A stretch of 64,000 nucleotides of DNA from Eledone cirrhosa (taxonomy: Eukaryota), in NCBI GenBank assembly GCA_964016885.1, contig OZ024749.1, positions 6,820,001 to 6,884,000 of the forward strand, given 5' to 3'. Position numbers and translations under genes: made by a program. Below are positions 1-13,051 of the stretch, in pieces. The notes beneath the pieces were generated by a model. The model saw only the letters and a list, made by a program, of their open reading frames with translations. It was not told where the DNA came from and searched no databases. Each line of letters begins with the position of its first letter. The stretch's first letter is position 1.

Positions 1-109
1 ATGATGATGATGATGATGACATATGTAATTTCCTCCCTTTACTTGTTTCAATCAGACTGTAGACATGTTAAGATACAGTCTTGATTTAGACAAGACAGCT
101 GGAATATCA

Positions 110-155
110 TCATTATGACTAAAATCATCACCATCACCATCACCATCATCATCAC

Positions 156-189
<34 letters not shown>

Positions 190-927
190 GCCATCACAAT
201 CACCACTATCATCACCATCACAATCACCACCACCATCACTACCATCACCACCATCACCATCACAATCACCATCATCACCATCACCATTATCATCACCATC
301 ATCACCATCATAATCACCACAATCACCATCACCATCACCATCATAATCACCACAATCACCATCACCATCACAATCACCACTACCATCACCATCACCATCA
401 CAATCACCACCACCATCACCACCATCACCATCACAATCACCATCATCACCATCACCACTATCATCACCATCACTACCATCACCATCACCACCATCATCAC
501 CATCACAATCACCATCACCATCATCACCGCCACTATCCCCATCATCAACATCATAATCCCATCTATCATCATCATCATCACCGTCATAATCACAGCTGAC
601 CAGGTCCTACACAAGAAATATACCAATCATCACCATCAACACTGCCATGAACAACAGCATGAAAACCATCTTCACACCACCACCACCATCACTTCCACCA
701 CTACCAACACCACCACCTCCACATTACCACCACTGCCATTGCCACCACCACCACTGGCATTTCTACCACAAACTCAACCACCATCACTACCATCATTACC
801 ACCAACACCACCACCATCATCATCACCACCAACACCACCACCACTGCCATCACCACCACCACCGCCACCACTACTACTACTACCAGCCACCACCACCACC
901 ACCACCACCACCACCACCACCACCATC
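110..927. repeat. (CAT/CAC)n trinucleotide microsatellite
   Basis: Near-continuous ATC/ACC triplets; source of the poly-T/I/H/P ORFs. Confidence 0.95.
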
Positions 928-1059
928 TAATCTCTGATTTAATGAATGCATAAATTTTTCATGTTTAAAATATTTTTTGAATTAATTATAACATCTCTAA
1001 ATGTATAATTGTCTGAAAAATTGATATTAACAATGTCTTTATATATATTTGACATTTCT

Positions 1060-1450
1060 AAAGAGGGGGTGGCTGCGAGAGGGGGTAAGAGGGGTTGGGT
1101 GCGAGAGGGGGTAAGAGGGGGTGGGTGCGAGGGAGGGTGAGAGGGAGGGGGACGAGAAGGTTGAGGGTGGAAAGGGGTGATCAAGAGAGAGGAGTGAGAG
1201 AGAGAGAGAGAGAGGGTGAGTGAGAAAGAGAGAGAGAGGGGTCAGTGAAAGAGAGAGAGAGAGAATGAGAAGGGTGACCAAGAGAGAGAGAGAGGGGGTA
1301 GAATGAGAGCAGTGAGAGAGAGAAGGTAGAATGTGAGGGGTGAGAGGGGCAGGGGGGTAGAATGAGAGAGGTGAGGGGTGGGTTAGAATGGGAGCAGTGA
1401 GAGAGAAAGAGGAGAGAGGTGACAGGTGTGTGTTGGAGATAGGAGGGGTG
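1060..1450. repeat. GA/G-rich low-complexity tract
   Basis: (GA)n and GAGGGGGT-type units. Confidence 0.85.
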
Positions 1451-1822
1451 TTGGATTAGCAATTATCAAGTACTATCTTCTTTGTATGATAATCTTCCAG
1501 ATTGTCAAAACCTTCTCCCGACAACAAAGCAACGGGGGAAGAAAACGGAAAAATGTAATAACAATACACATAACGTAAATTTGGGGAAATGCAAATAGAA
1601 ATTGTTCGACATAATGGTGTTTAAGTAAAGTAGTAATAATAATAATAATACTTTCTTTATTAACCACAAGGGTTTACATAAAGTAGACATTAAGGACAAT
1701 ACAGGACGGTACAAATGGGCATTTCTGCGTGTAAAAAACCAAAACAGAGGATGTAACAAAAAAATAACAATAATAGTAATAATAATAATATAATGGTGTT
1801 TAATTAAAGTAATAATAATAAT

Positions 1823-2910
1823 GATTTAAGACTAGGAAGCTATTGACTATCTACAACATGTTCCACAAGAGGAGTGATGTCGATAGACTCTACTTAAGGA
1901 GATCTGAAGGTGGAAGAGGTCTTATCAGCATAGAGGACTGTGTTCAGATGGAGAAAAACAACCTACACAAATACGTGACTGACAGTAAGGTGCCAATGCC
2001 CAGAATTGTACTGAAGGAGAGGACAATAGACCAGGGGATGTCCAAGGAGGAAATAACTACAAGGAGGAAGAGCAACCTTCATGAAAAATCCCTTCATAGT
2101 ACCTTCTTTGAGGAAACGGAATTCAGAGATCCACAGACATGGAACTGGTTGAAAAGAGGAGACCTTAAAAAGGCTACAGAAGGAATGCTAATAGCTGCGC
2201 AAGAGCAGGCCCTCAAAACGAAGTGGCTGAAACACCATATTTACAAGGAGGAGGCTAGCCCACTGTGCAGGATCTGTGGAGAGAGAGAGGAGACTGTGGC
2301 TCACATTGTATCCGAGTGTAAACACCTAGCCCAGATTCACTATAAAGGCTGGAGACATGATGTGATGGGCAGGGTGATCCACTGGCACCTATGCAAAGTA
2401 AACAATTTACCACATTCTGAGAAGTGGTATGAGCATAAGCCAGAGTCGGTGATAGAAAACGATCAGGTGAAGGTGCTATGGGATTTTAGGATACAGATGG
2501 ATGAGAAACTGGAACACAATAGGCCTGACCTGGTGGTTTTGGACAAGGAAAAAAGATTGTGCCTGATTGTGGATGTGGCCTGCCCATTCGACATGAGAGT
2601 GCAAGAGATGGAGAACATTAACCGATACCAGGACTTAAAGTGGGAGGTAAAAAAGGATTTGGAACTGCCATGAAGTCAAAGTGGTCCCGATTGTCATAGG
2701 CGCACTAGGTACTATCTCAAGGAGTTTCCAAGGATGGTTAAAGAAGATTAGCCCAGCCCCGCTTTTTGGAACACTTCAAAAGTTATGCTTGCTGGGAACA
2801 GCAAAAACCCTCCGAAACGTCCTGAATATCTGAGGCTGCAGGTAGTGGCTTGATATTCATTTCAACAAACTTTCCAGTTAACTAACATCAATGACTGAGA
2901 GTCAAAGGAC
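1823..2910 (+). mobile_element. 5'-truncated RLE-type non-LTR retrotransposon (R4/Dong-like), C-terminal part plus 3' UTR
   Basis: RLYLRRSEGGRGL motif, CCHC knuckle CRICGEREETVAHIVSEC, RHD, and PD..D endonuclease RPDLVVLDK..IVDVACP. A frameshift near 2650 continues as VVPIVIGALG to TGA 2831-2833. (TAA)n on both flanks. Confidence 0.9.
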
Positions 2911-3394
2911 AATAATAATGATTTCTTTATTGGCCACTAGGGCTGACATCAAGAAAAACATTACAGACGGCACAGGACAGTACGATGTGGGTTTTGTGAT
3001 AATAATAATATAAAATTAAAAAATTAAGACAAAAATTAAATAAAAAATAAAAAATAAAGATATTAAGAATTAAAATAGAATTATATAAAAGTTTAACAAT
3101 ATGTTAAAATCCAACAGCAAAAATGAAAATTTATGGTAATGGCGGAATAAATTTAAATGTGGAAAATTTATCAGAAATACAAAAATGTAAGAAATGGTAA
3201 ACACTGAAGAGAACAAACAGCGAAGAATTTATTTGACAAGGATGATGACATATTCAGATACACACAGGTATACATATATGTGTAGGTGTATATGTCTATA
3301 TGTTGATATATATGTATGAGTGTATATGTCTGTATGTTGATATATATATGTATGAGTGTATATATAGGTGTATATGGCTGTTTGTTGATATATA

Positions 3395-4694
3395 AAGGGT
3401 GCGGACGATATTTGTTCTTAAGAATACTGTCTAGGAAAAAATAACACAGTAGTTTTATTTTTTAAGATATATTTATCAAACTTGAGTCAGTTTGTCTTCA
3501 TGACTGCTTCTTTCGATCTCACTCGATAAACCCACCATTGTCTTTGATGACGGCCTCAAGGCGGCATCGGAACCGGCTACAGGCCTTCGACACTGTCCCC
3601 CGACTTAGGCCCCTAAATGCACTTGTGATCCTGGCCTTCAGATCGTCTTTTGTATTGCAGCTAGATCTGTTGGTGTCTCGTTCCACTGCGCCCCATGCAA
3701 AGAAGTCGAGGGGGTTGCAGTCAGGCGAGCTGGGAGGCCAGATGTCAGGTAAAGTGTGGTCGACGAAGTTCTCTGACAGCTAGGCTTGGGTTTTTCGGCT
3801 GGTATAGCAGGGCGCTGAGTCTTGCTGCCATATGTACGGCCTGCCTGCAGCTACCTGATCGAACCAGGGCTTTACTACCTCGCTCAGAACACGGATGTAG
3901 CCATCGGTGTTCAGCTTGAGGCCCTCAGGGAAGAAGTGAGGTGGCATGATGTCACCTTGACTGCTGATGTCACCTAAGACCAATATTGTCGCTGGAAACT
4001 TTGTCTGCTTGACTCTGGGCACGTCTTTGGATGAGACAGTGAGCCACCTGTTGTTCTGGGACTTGATCTTCTGGTCTTGGCAGAAGTTTTTCTCATCGGA
4101 GAAAAACCACAGCATGTCTGGCTCCAGTGGGTGTTTCAACTTGTTGATTAGCTTCTTTGCGTGCTTCAGTCGCTTTTCTTGCATCGCCTTTGACAGAAAT
4201 TGTCCTTTCCTCATCTTGTATGAAACGTAGCGAATGTCTTCATGTACCACCAGCCTAATGAGCTTTTCATCCACGGCTTTCACCCTTGCACTCATCGACT
4301 TGCTAGGTTCATTGTTGATGATATCCTGAACATCAGCGACGAACTCGGGCGTTCTGATGGTGTCAAATAGTCAATCATGTGTTTTCCTCTCTGATGTTGC
4401 TTCGTAGTCGAATCCTGAATCTTCCAATTCCTTTCTGACCTTTTCCAACATTCTCCTGCTGACGCTGAGAAAGTCTGAAATTTCCTTATTTGTCCTCCCG
4501 GTGCGGATTCCAAGTAGAACTCCCTGTCTCTTCCACAAATTTGGAGGTTAAAAATTATTCATAATCAATTATTCTGAAATTAAATAATGGAAATATATTC
4601 ACTGTTTTTATGAAGACAAGAGTGATAGCGGAAGTAAAAAAAAAGTTGCATAATTAGCAGTTGAAAATTGCGAACAAATATCGTCCACACCCTG
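3395..4694 (-). mobile_element. Tc1/mariner transposon relic, DD37D (maT-like) transposase pseudogene
   Basis: TIRs (A/C)AGGGTG(C/T)GGACGATATTTGTTC at 3395-3417 and 4672-4694 with TA on both sides. Minus strand reads FSDEKNF, QQDSAP, in-frame stop at 3780-3782, then WPPSSPDCNPLD, with 37 residues between D2 and D3. Confidence 0.92.
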
Positions 4695-4701
4695 TATGTG
4701 A

Positions 4702-5248
<547 letters not shown>

Positions 5249-5305
5249 TATGTATGGATGTTTGTTGATATATATGTGACTCTGTGTATATATGTGTATA
5301 TGCAT

Positions 5306-5697
5306 GGAGGCACATGGCTTAGTGGTTAAAGCATTGGCCTTGCAATCAAAAGGTTGTGAGTTCAATTCTCAGACTGGGTGATGTGTTGTTTCCTTGAGCA
5401 AGACACTTTATTTCACATTGCTCCAGTTTACTCAGCTGTAGAATTGAGATGATAGGGGCTGGGGTCCCTATCATTCCACTGCAAAGTGGTTGTTGAGGTG
5501 CCACGGCAAAAAAGCACCCAGCCCTCACTGTAAAGTGGATGTGTAGGCGCCACGGAAAAAAAGCACCCAGCACTCGCTGTAAATGAGGTTGGTGTTAGGA
5601 AGGGCATCCAGCTGTAGAAATCAAGCCAGAATCAGTTCCCGTCCCATCCTTGCAAGCAGGGAAAAGCAGACGTAAAATGAAATGAAGATGAAATGAT
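5306..5697 (+). mobile_element. SINE family A
   Basis: Full head and tail, with one extra internal ~49-bp module. Confidence 0.88.
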
Positions 5698-5914
5698 GTA
5701 TCTATGTTGATATATATGTGTATATATAGGTATGCATGTCTGTTTGTATGTTGATATATATATGTGTATATAATTGTTAGTGTGTGTATGCATGTATGTA
5801 TACACACATATATATATATATATACGTGAATATGTATATATATATATGTGTACATATATATGTATATATGTGTACATATACATTTATATATGTATACACA
5901 CATACACACACACT

Positions 5915-5947
<33 letters not shown>

Positions 5948-6059
5948 GAAGTTCTTATGTATCTAGTCACCTGAACTGACATTTTTGAAAGGTTGACTTC
6001 ATGTTAAACTGAAACCAATCTTATAAAATATTGATAGGTGCATTTTGTTATTCAAGAAT

Positions 6060-6410
6060 ATGTGTGAGAGTGAGTGTGTGAGTGAGAGTGTGTGTGTTTG
6101 AGTGAGTGAGTGAGTGTGTGTGGGGGTTGCGAGTGTGTGTATGTGTGAGGGGGGATTGCGAGTGTGTGTATGTGTGGGTGTGCGAGTGTGTGTATGTGTG
6201 TGTATGTGCGAGTGTGCGAGTGTGTGTATGTGTGGGTGTGCGAGTGTGTGTATGTGTGGGTGTGCGAGTGTGTGTGTGTGGATGTGCGAGTGTGTGGGGG
6301 GATGTGGGGGTGTGAGTGTGTGTATGTGTGGGTGTGCGAGTGTGGGTGTGTGGGTGTGTGAGTGTGTGGTGTGTGTGTGAGAGTGAGTGTATGGGTATTT
6401 GTGTGGGTGC
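6060..6410. repeat. (GT)-rich compound microsatellite
   Basis: Recurrent GCGAGTGTGTGTATGTGTGGGTGT units. Confidence 0.85.
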
Positions 6411-6489
6411 ATTTGCAGCTGTTCTAAGTGCAATTGGTTAGTCATGTGTGTGCGTATACATATATACTTATATGCACACACATACATCA

Positions 6490-7175
6490 GTCAATTCTCA
6501 GACCGGGTGATGTGTTGTTTCCTTGAGCAAGACACTTTATTTCACATTGCTCCAGTTTACTCAGCTGTAGAAATGAGATGATAGGACTGGGGTCCCTATC
6601 ATTCCACTGCAAAGTGGTCGTGGAGGTGAAAACGGCAAAAAAGCACCCAGCCGACACTGCAAAGTGGTCGTGGAGGTGAAAACGGCAAAAAAGCACCCAG
6701 CCGACACTGCAAAGTGGTCGTGGAGGTGAAAACGGCAAAAAAGCACCCAGCCGACACTGCAAAATGGTCGTGGAGGTGCCACGGCAAAAAAGCACCCAGC
6801 CGACACTGCAAAGTGGTCGTGGAGGTGCCACGGCAAAAAAGCACCCAGCCGACACTGCAAAGTGGTCGTGGAGGTGCCACGGCAAAAAAAGCACCCAGCC
6901 GACACTGCAAAGTGGTCGTGGAGGTGCCACGGCAAAAAAGCACCCAGCCAACACTGCAAAGTGGTCGTGGAGGTGCCACGGCAAAAAAAGCACCCAGCCG
7001 ACACTGTAAATGAGGTTATGTGTTAGGAAGAGCATCCAGCTGTAGAAATCAAGCCAGAATCAGTTCCCGTATGAGCAAGACAAAGTCAGCCGACTGGACA
7101 CTGCCCACAACAGGACAACCAGTCTAACCCATGCTAGCGTGGAAGAATGGACGTAAAATGATGATGATGATGATG
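6490..7175 (+). mobile_element. SINE family A, 5'-truncated, with internal tandem array of a 49-50 bp module (6605-7001, 8 copies)
   Basis: CACTG motif recurs at 6605, 6655, 6705, 6755, 6804, 6853, 6903, 6952 and 7002; (ATG)n tail near 7160. Confidence 0.88.
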
Positions 7176-7867
7176 GTGATATGTAAATGAATATATATGT
7201 GTATATATATGTGTGTACATATATTATATATATATATATATATAATTTAGTGAGTTTCTACGTGTATGAGTGCATGAGTACGTGCTCATGGATGCATATA
7301 TGTGTTTGTATGTGTGTGTGTATTTGTATGCAAGTGTATATTTGTGTGTGGGGGGGGGGAGGCGGTTGTGTGTAGTTGTATGCAAATGTATATTTGAGTG
7401 AGCGTGTGTATGTATTTGTATGCAAGTGTATATTTGAGTGAGCGTGTGTGTGTATTTGTATGCAAGTGTATATTTGTGTGAGTGTGTGATTGGAATTGCC
7501 ACTTTTCTGTGTCATGCACAATACTGCCAGGACATTAATTATCTTTAGTAATTTCAAGAAATTGTTATTAAACCTTCTCTGGTTGTATTTCTGATGAAAT
7601 ACATTGTCTTAAAAATTTCAATAAATTTTGAAAATAATCAAAAACACTTTCCAATGATTAAACGGGCGTGTCTCCACCTATCTTCACAAAGGATCTTACA
7701 CAATATTATGTTGGAAGGTTTTAATATAAAGATGAATGCATTGAAATGTTAGGTGTTGTATATTAGAAGCAGTGGCAGTTTCATGTGGGCAGATATTCTG
7801 AAGATCAACCCTTTCATTACCATCTTTATAATGATAGACACTGCCGACAATTTTCAAGTTATGTTAA

Positions 7868-8075
7868 CCCCTTAGCATTTAAACCGGCTATATCTGGCCA
7901 GAAATCTCTCAACTCTTTCTGATCAAACCAGCCCTAACTGGTCACTCATACCAATGATATGGTATTGTTCTCAAAATAAATAATATCAAAATCTCATAAA
8001 TTTGATATTATGTGAGATAAAGCCTTGACCGTGAAAATACAGTAGTAAATATAGAGTAACGTAAATGCTAAAGGG
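7868..8075. mobile_element. piggyBac-type MITE
   Basis: TTAA|CCCCTTAGCATTTA ... TAAATGCTAAAGGG|TTAA. Confidence 0.85.
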
Positions 8076-9454
8076 TTAAATGTTTTTGTGCTGGCGCCAT
8101 GACAAACAGCAGCCAATACACTCTATAAATGGTAGTGTTGGAACTCTGAAAGCATGTATACAGTACATTAAGTAATGAGGTAGTGTTGGAGCTACAATAA
8201 AATACATTCGGTACACTTAATAAAGTTGTGTTGGTGCTACAATAACATGCACAGTACACTCTGTCAAATGGTAGTGTTAGTGCCATAACAAAGTGTTCCT
8301 AGTGCACTGGTAAAATAGTAATGCTGGTGCCACTATAAAATGCACCCAGTACATACTGTATTGGTGAGATGATAAAATGCAGACTGTACATTATGTATAC
8401 TGATTGGTCTTAGGAAGACCATCCAACCATAGAAACCATACTAAATATCAAATATGTCAAGGTGTGTCTTCCTGGTCAGTCTAGTCTTGAACTGGAATGA
8501 TCTGACCAACCCATGCCAGCATGGAAAATGGATGCAAAGTGACAATGATAATTATTATGATGACGATGATGATGATTTATCAATAAAGAATTTAGAGGGA
8601 TTTAATAATTTAACTAACTTTTCCATTATTAAGCCGATGTTTGGATTAACAAGGTTTCTTACATAAAAGTATGACAACAGGTTGTTTCATAGATACAAAC
8701 TCTTAAAATTAACCTCTTCAGTCCCGTAGATGAGATAACTCATCCCAACATGTTTGAACTCTTTTCCAACAGTTCATAACTTCGAAGTTATGAACTTGTT
8801 TCCAACAGTTCATAACTTCGAAGCTAGATGTAGTTTATTGATGTGACATTTGTCCATCATTCAGATATGCATTGTTAATAAATGTTTATCTAAAAAAAGT
8901 AGTCATTTTACTGGAAAAAAAAAACCAGCACAGAAACTGTAGCTGTGTAAAATATATGGCGATCAACAGATTAAACAGCTTATTATCAGAAAACCAGGGA
9001 AGTTTTAGATGTTTTGGTATCAAAAGTCTGATACAACACATATGGTAGTGGATTAACAGAATCAGATAAAATGCCTTGTGGTATTTATTTAGGTTCCTTT
9101 AGTTTGGCTTCTGTTTGGGCTCAAAACAAGCAGTGTGTTGGCTTTTCTTCCGTCATTATGGGGTTGATGACAAAGTATATATGCTTTTACGAACAAATAA
9201 CTACTAGTGCATTCGTTGCAGCGCCATAGTGATATGCAGCATTTCTTGGGAATTTTAACCCTGGAGGTGCCCCTCCACTCACCAAGTGTGAACACCTGGA
9301 GAGTTGATTTCTTCCATAGAAAGAAAGAAAGATTGATAGAGAGGAAGTGAGAAAGTCTTGGAGAGGAAAATTTGACCCCATGTACTGGACTCTACTTTGT
9401 TTATAGGAAAGTACTAATAGCCGTAAAAGGCAAAAATAAGTGTAAAATTACACA

Positions 9455-9726
9455 CACATGTACACCAGGTCCGAACATAGAGGAACCAAATTCCCACTGT
9501 CATCACATCCGTCTCTCCCGCCTTCCCCATCTCTCACTATTATGAGCAAATGGTTTCCCATATGTTGGCCACTTCTGTGGCCCTGGCGGACAGAATAGAG
9601 ATGGCAATTTCCTGCAGGATAGTGAAGGAGACATGCTGGAAGAGCCATCGCAGCTAGCCAGCTCTGCGGTGATGGTGGTGAGTAGGGAGGTAGCCCCAGG
9701 GCCAAGAATACTAGAAGTCTCCACTG
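9455..9726 (+). repeat. Unclassified interspersed repeat (family C)
   Basis: Homologous to 46710-47185 (+) and 43780-43945 (-). Confidence 0.65.
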
Positions 9727-10292
9727 ATACGGGCTCGACTACAAACTTGCCAGAGAGTGACCAATATTTGGAGGGTTTATCCTCCTCAGCCCCGAAGTAC
9801 TTGGGTTTATATAATTGACTTTCTGCTCCATACAAATTGCTGGCCTTGTGCCAATCAATTTTAGAAAGAATTATTACAAATATGTAAATAGCGATACCGC
9901 AAAGAGAAATAATGGTTAAGATCAAGATGGCAAGCAGAAATTATTGAATTTGTGTTCAAAATAGATGATTAATACATTATATAGTCAATCATTGCCATAA
10001 ATTGTTCACTTATTTCAGTTTGAATTTTATAAACTACAGTAAATTGACGGTGAAAATACAACTTATTTATGAGAAGGAAGTATGAAAAATCTCCTTATCA
10101 TTGCTGTAATTAATTGTGTCCCTGATGGTTAATGGGAGATAAGAATGATTTCTAATTGCCAATGGTCTGAAAGTGGCTTGTTTGTGGGGCAGTCATTAAT
10201 TTGTTCTGGAAAAATCAAAGTCCAGTGCCAAGATAAGAAATGAGGAATTACACAGAAACAGAGATAGATGGGAGTAGAATAGGAACAAAAAG

Positions 10293-10620
10293 GTGGTGTT
10301 GGTGGTAGTGGTGGTAGTGGTGGTGGTGGTGGTGGTGGAGGTGGTCGTGTTGGAGGTGGTCGTGGTGGTGTTGGCGGCGGTGGTGGTGTTGGCGGCGGTG
10401 ATGGTGTTGGTGGCGGTGGTGGTGGTGGTGGTGAAGGTGGTGGTGGTGGTAATGTTGGAGGTGGTGGTGGTGTTGGTGGTGGTGGTGGTGGTGGTGGTGT
10501 TGGTGGCGATGTTGGTGTTGGTGGTGGTGGTGTTGATAATGGTGGTGGTGGTGTTGATGGTGGTGGTGGTGTTGATAGTGGTGGTGGTGCTGTTGGTGGT
10601 GGTGGTGGTGGTGGTGGTGG
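10293..10620. repeat. (GGT)n microsatellite
   Basis: GGT/TGG triplets. Confidence 0.95.
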
Positions 10621-10734
10621 ATGTTTTTAAGGCAAATACCTACACAATAAACCGCACGTCATATTAAATATATATATATACAGAAGCCAATTTTGCATTG
10701 TTGCATAATATATGCAGACGGAGGGTGCAGTGCA

Positions 10735-10775
10735 CCTTACTGATGCATTACGTGCGGCCGAAACTCAAGTCCGGG
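10735..10775 (+). ncRNA. Damaged type I hammerhead ribozyme (5' arm of helix II deleted)
   Basis: CTGATG-CATTACGTGCGGCC-GAA-ACT CA AGT-C: GAAA and GUC site present, but A9 and the partner of GGCC are missing; helix I weak. Confidence 0.45.
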
Positions 10776-10998
10776 AACTATTATAGGCACCCGTTTTACG
10801 TGTGTTGTATTGAAGCGAATAACTATATTTATACTCTGGGAATGTATCTTACATTGCCTATTGAGTATGCTGAGATACAACCGGTCCTCACATTGATATA
10901 TATGCTGGGTCCATCAACTCATTATATATACATATATATATATATATACATACATACATACAGTAAGTTGTAGCAACATTTCATCTCTTCTTAATTAA

Positions 10999-11150
10999 CC
11001 CTTTAACATTTAAACCGGCTGTATCGGGCCAGAATTCTCTCACCGCTTTCTGTTCAAACTGGCTGTAACCAGCTGCTCATGTTTATGTTAAGGTATTGTT
11101 CTCAAAATAAATAATATTGAAATCTTGTAGTTTTGATATTGAGATAATTA
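10999..11150. mobile_element. piggyBac-type MITE, truncated
   Basis: TTAA|CCCTTTAACATTTAAACCGG start; matches the 7868 family. Confidence 0.75.
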
Positions 11151-11342
11151 TGTCATACAGACAATATGCCCGATATTGAGATAATTATGGCATATAGACA
11201 ATATGCCACCCACACCCTCCCACTGCAAATTGGTCGTGGAGGTGCCACGGCAAAGAAAGCACCCATCTTTGCTGTTGTTCACTCCTTCGGACCAAACAAT
11301 TATATCTACATATCTCACATTAGCACTCATGATCTCTAACAG

Positions 11343-11808
11343 ATGAACTTAATTCTAAGTACATTACGGAATTATATACATTTGGAAAATGATAGAGCAA
11401 AAGGTGCCAAACTTTGGTATCAAAACCTACCACTCACTGCGCCACGGAAGACGCTGCCAGCTACCACCAATCAACAAAAAGGCTGGCCAGGCAGCAAAAA
11501 CCCTGCGAGAGTCAAGTCTGTTGGTTCGAGGAGCACAACTATTCAACTCCATTCCGGTACATGTCAGAAATCTATCAGGATGCAGTGTGGAATCATTCAA
11601 ATTGCAGCTGGATAGATACTTAAGCACCATTAGAGATGAACCCCATCTCCCAGGATATACACAACGAGCACAAACTGACTCAAACTCGCTCCTACACATG
11701 TCAAAATTAAACAGAGAATCCAACCTGGCAACCACACCAGACTCTGAGGGTGGAGTCTTCGACTTGACCTGAGCATGAACTCAAACTCAAATGAAATGAA
11801 ATGAAATG
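11343..11808 (+). mobile_element. LINE 3' end (CR1/L2-group-like ORF2 C-terminus) with (AAATG)n tail
   Basis: RESSLLVRGAQLFNSIP...FKLQLDRYLSTIRDEP, stop at 11770-11772, then (ATGAA)n. Confidence 0.75.
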
Positions 11809-12459
11809 ACTCCTACACTCCTTGAAATCTTACTTTCCTCTTATTATTATGAACATCTCAATGTATCCCTAATATTATTCATCATGTTCTCTATAACTAC
11901 CATGCATATTTTACTATTTTATTACCTTTATTATCTCTATTATTGTTGTTACTATTTGTCTTATTTATACACGATTTGTTATTGATGTTGTGAAAACTAA
12001 ACCCCCATGATTCGAACTAACAATCCCAACTTTTAAAATAGGACACTTAAATAACAAATCTACAGCTCCACTTAACACCACATAAAAACTATCATTCTCA
12101 CTAAATTAATACAACGAAAATGTTTATCTGTCAAACAATAAATCTCCGGTTTATTGCCAGCGTGCCCTCATACCCACAGTAAAGCATATACCTCATAAAT
12201 CCTGACTCCAAGTACATTTTATCTTCACCACCTTAACACTACATCTAATGTACCCTATAGCAGTTTTCACATGTCAATTTCATACATCTGTATTATATCA
12301 GTTCATTTAATATGCTAGATTTATCATTATACTCTATTCCTACTTATATTGATGTTATTAGTCTAACTATTCACTATCTAGTTATTTTATTATTGATATT
12401 ATTGTTCTGGTTTAATACCACTCCTCTATAAAAGCCATGCCTGGAGTATCTTCCTCACT

Positions 12460-12581
12460 TTCGCGTGCTCTGATGAAACGACTGGTTATAAACAAAGTAT
12501 TGGAGATCGATTGACGCAAAATCAGGCGAGTAGCGATCTCTAGACCTTCCAGATCAAAGAAACAATTGTCAGCAATGTGAA
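12460..12581 (+). ncRNA. Type I hammerhead ribozyme with ~82-nt helix II domain
   Basis: Helix I TTCGCG-TGCT / AGCA-A-TGTGAA; CTGATGA 12470-12476; GAAA 12559-12562; palindromic helix III ACAATTGT; GUC site (C12570). The base of helix II is imperfect. Confidence 0.65.
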
Positions 12582-12900
12582 TAAAGCCTTTATTGTATAG
12601 CGAACCATGTCACTCTTCTTTCTTGAATTGTTATTACTCCAAGTATAAACTACATAGAAATCACCGCGAACTCGCAGCATCACTATGGAAACGTCTTGTT
12701 GAGTCAAACTAAGCCATACGTTAATACCATCCACTACACGGAGTACTCTAACTGGACTACCTATAAGCGGACTGCCTATAATGATAACCTGTTATCCCGT
12801 ATACATATATACATATATATATATACATATATACATATATATATATACATATATATATACATATACATACGTATATATATACATATATATATATATATAC

Positions 12901-12931
<31 letters not shown>

Positions 12932-13016
12932 CATATATATATACATATATATATATGTAGACATATACATATATATATATACATATACATATATATATAT
13001 ATATATACACACACAC

Positions 13017-13048
<32 letters not shown>

Positions 13049-13051
<3 letters not shown>

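Noticed and set aside
48-937. Long ORFs (poly-T/I/H/P/V/M), and likewise at 21704-22614, 23802-24224, 27377-29344, 44607-46362, 50353-52541 and 60419-61025
   Set aside because: Translations of micro- or minisatellites, open in several frames and on both strands; no coding evidence.
5306-5378. tRNA-like sequence with A and B boxes
   Set aside because: It is the head of multi-copy SINE A and continues into the SINE body, so it is not called a tRNA gene.
7584-7603. TGTATTTCTGATGAAATACA
   Set aside because: Simple hairpin; CTGATGA and GAAA overlap, leaving no helix II or III.
8709-8974. Possible second TTAA-bounded MITE
   Set aside because: Terminal inverted repeats match poorly and no second copy is seen in the window.
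9503-9925. 140-aa ORF with a hydrophobic N-terminus
   Set aside because: Overlaps repeat family C and a SINE B-like fragment (TGGCCTTGTGCC); likely a chance ORF.
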